Assembly: GCA_054661495.1 (NCBI GenBank)
Contig: BAAFSQ010000118.1
Span: 1-29,271, forward strand
Direction: 5' to 3'
DNA: 29,271 nucleotides
Source of the DNA: Zygophlyctis sp. KS116
Lineage: Eukaryota > Fungi > Chytridiomycota
The notes below the pieces were generated by a model, which saw only the letters and a list, made by a program, of their open reading frames with translations, was not told the origin of the DNA and did no database searches. Positions 23,120 to 29,271 of this stretch are shown here, in pieces; positions within the stretch are counted from its first letter, which is position 1, and each line of letters starts with the position of its first letter. The translations under genes and the position numbers were made by a program.

Positions 23120-23428
23120 TTATCTAAGATATCTAACTTCCTCTTAAACAATTGTGCGCATATTATTTTCATAAACCATATCAAAATATTTTTCTCCAAT
23201 CTGATCACTTTTCCATTCATTATCTTCATATAAAACTCTCCCTACAAATGTCACCTTTAAGTAGTGCTGATACTTTTCTTCTGGATTCCTTACTTGTTGA
23301 TTAGAAACACATTGATCGCCATAAAAATAGCATCTCTCCCTGTCTAATTCAATCGTATCTGTACCATCTGAATTCTCGATTCGAATTTGTTTAATTATAT
23401 AATAATCACAGCCCGTCTTTCTTTTCAT
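23120..23428 (-). pseudogene. Decayed small ORF resembling giant-virus (Nucleocytoviricota) hypothetical proteins
   Basis: (T)GCDYYIIKQIRIE...TIELDRERCYF...YLKVTFVGRVLYEDNEWKS...EKY...IV*EEVRYLR*. ACG sits where an initiator ATG would be, and there is an in-frame TAA 7 codons before the natural-looking end. Family resemblance is from memory only. Confidence 0.5.
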
Positions 23429-23771
23429 GAAGAATTTTTAGATGCGCTGATTCATAACAGGATAGCCGAGATCATCTCGGACATGAATTGCATTTTAAGA
23501 AACATTCAACAACTTTTTTTCTACAGTAAACTAATTCTATAATTGCATAAATTTAAGACTAGACACTTTTTTCCTATAAAATACTTCTCCAACTAAAAGA
23601 CATTGGCAATGGCAAAGATCACCAGCATACTCATTTTAAATAATTTGATCAAGAGCATGTATCATCATCCTCAATCGGCGACGAAAATCAGCCATTCAGA
23701 TGGAGTTGAGTTTTTTCTAATCCTCGGCAAGAACTTTCATAGTGCAGAGCTATATTAGGAATGTAGTAGTA

Positions 23772-23811
23772 CGAGGGCGCATTTCGGCGAAAAAAAACGC
23801 ACGCTCGAACT
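23772..23811 (+). repeat. Left terminal inverted repeat (40 bp)
   Basis: CGAGGGCGCATTTCGGCGAAAAAAAACGCACGCTCGAACT, preceded by TA; 36/40 identical to the reverse complement of 27449-27488. Confidence 0.9.
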
Positions 23812-24453
23812 GATTAGGATGTTTTTAATTTGCTCTTTTTGCGCGTTTTCTTCTCACAGCGCTAATAAACAAATTTGAGCCATTAGTGCTTCCAATGATG
23901 AAAAAACAGCTCCGACAGACCGCATTCCAGCCCAAAAAAGTGATGAAAACAGTGATCTGACGCTCTCAGCAGAGGAAATTCTTCAACTGAATAACTTGTA
24001 GTTTTCTTAAAGAAGGAAGTATATATAGCTGCATTTATGCTCATAGATGTTTTTGAGAGAAATCTGAAACGATCGGAACAAAAAGAATGGGAACAAAAGG
24101 AATTGGATTATTGGTAGAAGAAGTTCCATTCAAGAGCTATGACTCATGGGGATTTGAATCTACTGGCATTAATGGTTTTGACAGAAATTGATATCTCGGG
24201 CTACCAAAGACTAAGAAAAGAACCGCTAAAATGAATAATTGTATGCTTAAACTTGGAGTATGTGCAGCTGATGAGAAAGAATACTAATGCACCAAAGGGC
24301 AACTTGATAGAATCACTTTGACACTGTTAAAATCATCTCAAGACACGCATGCTACTTCATGTACACAAGCAGGCGTATATTAATATGGTCCAAAATTTTC
24401 ATTCCATCAACATTCCTCTTATTTTGCATTTTGAGACAATATTTGATCAATCC

Positions 24454-27067
24454 TTAGATATTAAAACTAGCATCACAATAAGCTTCTAATACGGGATTTT
24501 CACAGTGAGAGAATTCTAAGCAGTGGTTTTTGGTTGCATTTAGATAACCGAAAAGTTTATCAATAGCCTTAATATGATCTTCATCAAATTTGGAAGCAAA
24601 TCGACCTAAAATACCTGTTGCATATGAAATATCAGGTCTTGTATTGATAGAAGCATATAAGATACTACCAATGCACTCTCTGTAAGGAAAATCTATATTT
24701 TCTGAATGTTCTGTTCTTTTGAAAACATGTCCAGTTATCATGGGAATATTAGAATATGATTTAATCTTGAATTCATCCAATTTATCACTAATATACTCTG
24801 ATTGATGAATGTAAACCTTGTTATTATTTTCATCCACAGTAATACCACACCCCAGTATTTTTGTTGGGATACCCAAGTCTTTGATTTTAAACATTTTGTT
24901 CATCCCATGAACGGTGTCTCCCCTGAGTTTGACGTCTTTAATGAACAACAGAAAATCATCCACATGACAAATAACTAAAGCGAAAAACTCTCGTGAGTGG
25001 ATAAAAAGACCCTTTTGGAATAGATGATCGTTCGAACGTGACATTACAGGATTCAACAATCTTTCCATTTAGTAGGACTCTATAACCATTATTGCAATTT
25101 CCAACCAATATTCCTTCTGTGCAAACAGGGAACAGTTTACTTGCACGCTTTGGCTTTGGCAACTGTACGTACGCAGGCTGGCCAAACTTCTTGATATACT
25201 TTATATTTGGCTTAGAATGATATAGCTTTTCATAAGGAGTGATACCATGGCTATCAGGCATTCGATTCAGTAAGTATACAGAATGTTTAAGTGCTTCACT
25301 TTGTATGGACTGCATTTGCTGTACATGAATAGGTAAATCCATTAATAGCGCACGACAAGTAGTAAAAAGCGTTCTGTTTTTCCGTTCAGCGACACCATTC
25401 TGTTGAGCGGTAGCTGTAATTGCCTGTGTAAACAATATACCATTTGACGAGCAATAGGAACCAATCTTTGTAAGTTCGCCACCTTTATCACATATCACTC
25501 TTTTGAGAGTTATGTTGAATTGCGTATTGAAAAATTTTAGTGCATCTATAAAGAAACTAAACATATCACTCTTTTGATCCATCACTTTTACCAGAGTACT
25601 ATTTGACGCTTGATGCGTGATTACACCTATTGGAATAGATTGATTTAAAAATGTAATATCCATGCAAAAGTTGTTTGTTTAAGTGTTGGTGGATCATCAG
25701 TAGAACCTGTTAAAACTGTATTTGTGGATTTTGCCATGATGCAAGATTTACAATTTTTGATACGTTCAATAGATTTAACATCTTGGGTAGGAGGAATGCA
25801 TCCATCAACTGCATTCTTAGGTGACCAAAATCTATATGCAATTCATAAAGATTTTTGGATGGTTTTGCAGTTACTTGAAGAATAGTAGAGTAGTTAGTTG
25901 CAGTAATTAAATTTAAATGAAATAAACCGTCTTTCAGTTGTGCATTCATCGCAGCTTTTCCATTTACTTCAACTGTCATAGAGTTAGAATCCGCTTTAAT
26001 AGTTATGTCCATGCTTTACTAATTTTGACATGGAAATTAAATTAAATGCAGCATTTGGAACATACAAGCAGTCATTGATCTTGATCTCATTTCCAGTTTT
26101 TGCTTTTAGAACGATTTGATCAATTCCTTTTGAAAAGGATTGACTATTGTTATGACCAGTTATTTGAGTTTCATTTTTAACCAAATTTTTAAAAACAGAA
26201 GCGTCTTTAATTATGTGCTCAGTGGCTCCAGAATCAAGTAACCAGGCATCATTAATTGCAGTCTTAGATGCCATAAAGGTAAAAGTGTTTTGATTGTTTG
26301 GTGCGACTGATTCTTTTTCTTTTTGTTTCTGCTTCTTCTTTGAAGCGATCTTTGGATTTATACCATGATGGTCTATTAGCAGTGTTTGCCCCACCATCAG
26401 CCCAACACTTTGATGTATCGTGATTCTTACCACAAGTTCCACATCTAAGTGTAGTATTCAATCCAAAACTTTCATTTTTAGGTTGCATTACTTCCTTCAA
26501 GCAAGTCTTAAGTAATGAGAGATCGATTAAGTAACTCTTTTGGGCTCGCAGGGCCTGAATAAATATATTGAATGATGGGGGGAAAGTTTTAAGGATATGG
26601 AAGATTAATTCTCCATCAGTGATCGGTGCATTCGAAGACGCCAGCAGTGTTTGCAGGTGAATTAGTCTATTGAAATATCCGTTTATATCACCTCTTTCAG
26701 CTAAAGTTGTACGAGAGAAAGCATCGCGATACATGCCTGTTGATTCTGCTGTATGAGCCTTGTGAAAATTTTCAACACCATGCCACAATTCACTTGCAGT
26801 GGTAAACTTGCTTAGTTCAGATTCAAATTTAGCATCAATAAATTTTCCGATGGCACCCATAGCTTGTTCATCGACTTCCAACCATGCTTGATTAGCAGTT
26901 GGGTCACTAATGGTCACTTTGCCATCTTTTGTTTTAGTAGAATAAGGATTAATTGGATCTCTAATTGTCCTCCAATTCTTCTTTGACTTTAAATAATTCA
27001 TTGTTGCAAATTGCCAAGCAGCATAATTTTCGCCATTATAAATAATGTATTCTTCTCTATTAGACAT
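24454..27067 (-). mobile_element. Ty1/copia LTR retrotransposon gag-pol remnant (frameshifted, internally deleted)
   Basis: Copia domain order: Gag (NGENYAAW; knuckle CGTCGKNHDTSKC), protease WLLDSGATEH, GAG-pre-integrase LHIDFGHL, integrase CDKGGE...QQNGVAERKNRTL, RT C-terminal half CHVDD...KDLG...YRECIGSILY...TRPDISYA, RNase H start AYCDASF. Split over five frames. Confidence 0.93.
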
Positions 27068-27448
27068 ATACTTTTCTTTTTAGTTTCGACTTTCGACTGT
27101 TAATCTATCAGTAGTAATCAGGAAAGATAATAGTTTATTTTATTATTCCGACTGAGGCAGCTTTGTGAACTGGCTTTGATGGCGGTTCAAATGGATCATA
27201 TCTATGGTGGGCTAGAAATAATTCTTTAGTAGTTCCAAACGCTTCATCACGAATGGGAACTGCAACATAAAAACCTCTCTCACGTCTTTCCTGGAATAGG
27301 CTTCTTCTCTTCGAGCTTTGTTAAACTGGATTTTTAATTATCAATCAGCCTATGCTGTTTCACAGAGATGCATGTTTTTGGTCTGGGTTTCATCACTTGG
27401 GTGTGGGAGCTGGTTCAAAGAATACACGCAAATTAGCTGTTCTCGGTT

Positions 27449-27488
27449 AGTTCGAGCGTGCGTTTTTATTCACCGAAATCCGCCCTTG
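27449..27488 (-). repeat. Right terminal inverted repeat (40 bp)
   Basis: AGTTCGAGCGTGCGTTTTTATTCACCGAAATCCGCCCTTG. Confidence 0.9.
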
Positions 27489-27638
27489 AACTGGGGTTTT
27501 TCGTTTTTTGTTGTGTCATAGTGTTGCTTTTTTTCTAATGGATGTGTTCTCAATATTCTTTCAACCCGATTAAAGTATCTCAATTGAATCTCTTCCCTTT
27601 TCTGATCTTTCTTTTATACTTTTTTCAAATGAAGTACT

Positions 27639-28800
27639 ATGACTCTAAATCTTTCACCGCCTACTGCGCCCAGACAAACAGGGATAGCTAATCGCACTCC
27701 GCTTGAACTGGCCAACCCTCCTAACTCAATCGCTGATGCTCCTACAACTCAGACTGCCTTAGTCACCACTTTGGAGGATCGCATCCGTTCTTCCCGTTCT
27801 CGTCTCACTTCTTTAGAATCCTCTGCGGCAGTCATCAACGTTGCTATACAGCGCACTCAATCTCAATTGGATTCCGCCATGTCCGATCCTGCCAATTCTC
27901 GTAGTCTGGAGTCAATTGTATCCTTATCGGAGAACCTAGTAAACCTCGGCAACAACCTGGAACAAGCTCACTCCAACATCAATCTTGCTATAACCAATCT
28001 TCAACGCTTGGAACAATCTGCTCGCATGCCAGCCACCAGTCCAATCGCTACTCCAGAACCTAGTGGGGCTGCTTCTTACACCATCCCGACTTACCGATCC
28101 CCTTCATTGGCTCCACCGGTTCCGATAAATGCCCCTCAAATTCTTCGAGCCCTTCCAGTATTTTCTTCTGACGACAAGACAAAACCTACTCAGTTGATAA
28201 CGACACGTTATGCATTTATGGCTCGTTTGGAAATGGTTCTCGCGTCCATGAAGGTTCCCCAATCAGTCTGGAACCGCTTTCTTCCTCTCGTATGTAATCA
28301 GCTTCATTTTGATTGGATTATACTTAACCTGGCCTCACCAAGTGCACCTTTCGACTTCGGCTCCTACATTGACCGAAATCAAAGCCGGGTTCCTCAAGCG
28401 ATTTGACAACCCGCACCAAGCCCAGATCAATCTCACGAAGCTTTTTAATGCTTAAATGCTCAAAGATGAACCTGTAAGAGATTTCTCATCACGGTTTCAG
28501 CAGCTGATGCGTCTCTCCAGACTTTTTTCAGCTTTACGTTACTCGGCGTCCTCTGAAGATCCAGCACTCGCTACAAACTGAATTTTTCTTATCTGCCAAA
28601 AACGATCGCCCATTACCAGCCTCATACAAGCCAAGGAATCTGCAATCGCGCACGATTCTCTAGCAGCGTCTTCGTCCGATGCTGTCAAACCGACGTACTA
28701 ACCCTAAGTTGTTTACCCCTTCTACCTCAAGTTGCCTCTTGCATCCCGATAGACAGTACTCTGCTACTGATTGTCGAGCCCTTCAACACAAGTTGGCTGA
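27639..28800 (+). pseudogene. Retrotransposon gag relic, Ty3/gypsy-like
   Basis: C-rich composition unlike the host genes. 255-aa ORF with a coiled coil, then after a frameshift TLTEIKAGFLKRFDNP...LFNA*MLKDEPVRDFSSRFQQLMR (retrotransposon gag MHR-like) and a decayed knuckle CLLHPDRQYSATDC. Confidence 0.7.
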
Positions 28801-28879
28801 TCCGAATGCCGCTTGTCCAGTCCACCCAAATCTGTCAAATGCTTAAACGGTTTAATATTACGCCCTCTAATGCATCCAA

Positions 28880-29271
28880 CACTTTTAGAAAGATTTCTTA
28901 GGGTTTATCTCAACTTGAGATACTGGATTTCTCATCTGAATCAAAAGCATACAGATTGGAAGATGCAGGTGATAATATGTTTTAATTTCAGGGACAAATA
29001 GCTACAGATGGATGAATCTAATTGTTTCTGAAAGCCTGCCATTTAATCATGTTGACAAGGAAGTCGTCAGAAGTACTTTATCTCTTAAACCAATCAGTTC
29101 CACAAAAAAGTGGAGAGCATAATTTCTCAAATGCTTCCAGATAGGTTCGCTTTTATTTTTGATCAATGGTCAGCTGGAGATACTCAGTTTGTTACTATTA
29201 TAGCATCATTTATTCACAACAAAGAGAGAAGAACTTGCTTGCTTGCATTTTCCCCTCTGCGGGACGAAACT
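28880..29271 (+). mobile_element. hAT-superfamily transposase relic, running off the window end
   Basis: WISHLNQKHTDW (BED finger tail), YRWMNLIVSESLPFNHVDKE...LKPISS, then a frameshift to KVESIISQMLPDRFAFIFDQWSAGDTQFV...CLLAFSPLRDET (first catalytic D in the DxW motif). Confidence 0.8.

Larger units (their letters stand above)
23772..27488. mobile_element. TIR-bounded degenerate DNA transposon (~3.7 kb) enclosing a copia remnant
   Basis: 40-bp TIR pair plus weaker shared subterminal words (CAGCTCC-ACA, AAGTGATGAAA). Left flank TA, right flank AA. No intact transposase seen. Confidence 0.7.

Noticed and set aside
23420-23510. C-x2-C-x12-H-x4-H spacing on the minus strand (CNSCPR*SRLSCYESAHLKILH)
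   Set aside because: Interrupted by a stop and lacking surrounding ORF support; may be a zinc-finger relic or chance.
26264-26442. Programmed gag-pol frameshift in the copia element
   Set aside because: Several further frameshifts and deletions show general decay; most copia elements use a single ORF.

Overview
Eukaryotic DNA, AT-rich, almost certainly fungal. Gene content (Kch1-like, Cox9, Hom3, Rrd2, low-MW TrxR, together with API5, a CSRP-type LIM protein and TXNDC17) suggests an early-diverging lineage such as a chytrid; this is inference. Bases 1-20134 are an extremely compact core block: 18 protein genes plus tRNA-Lys(CTT), with intergenic gaps down to 3-4 nt. The fragmented ORF track is explained by ultra-short GT-AG introns. 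I reconstructed 38 by hand (37 are 23-32 nt, one is 52 nt), and every spliced model closes in frame. Bases ~20150-29271 are an accessory block. It holds an intact spliced KH + RING + Rcat-like (IBR-less RBR-like) gene, a decayed ORF resembling giant-virus hypothetical proteins, a 40-bp TIR pair enclosing a deleted Ty1/copia gag-pol, a Ty3/gypsy-like gag relic and a hAT transposase relic. All calls come from motif recognition by eye; no database search was run.
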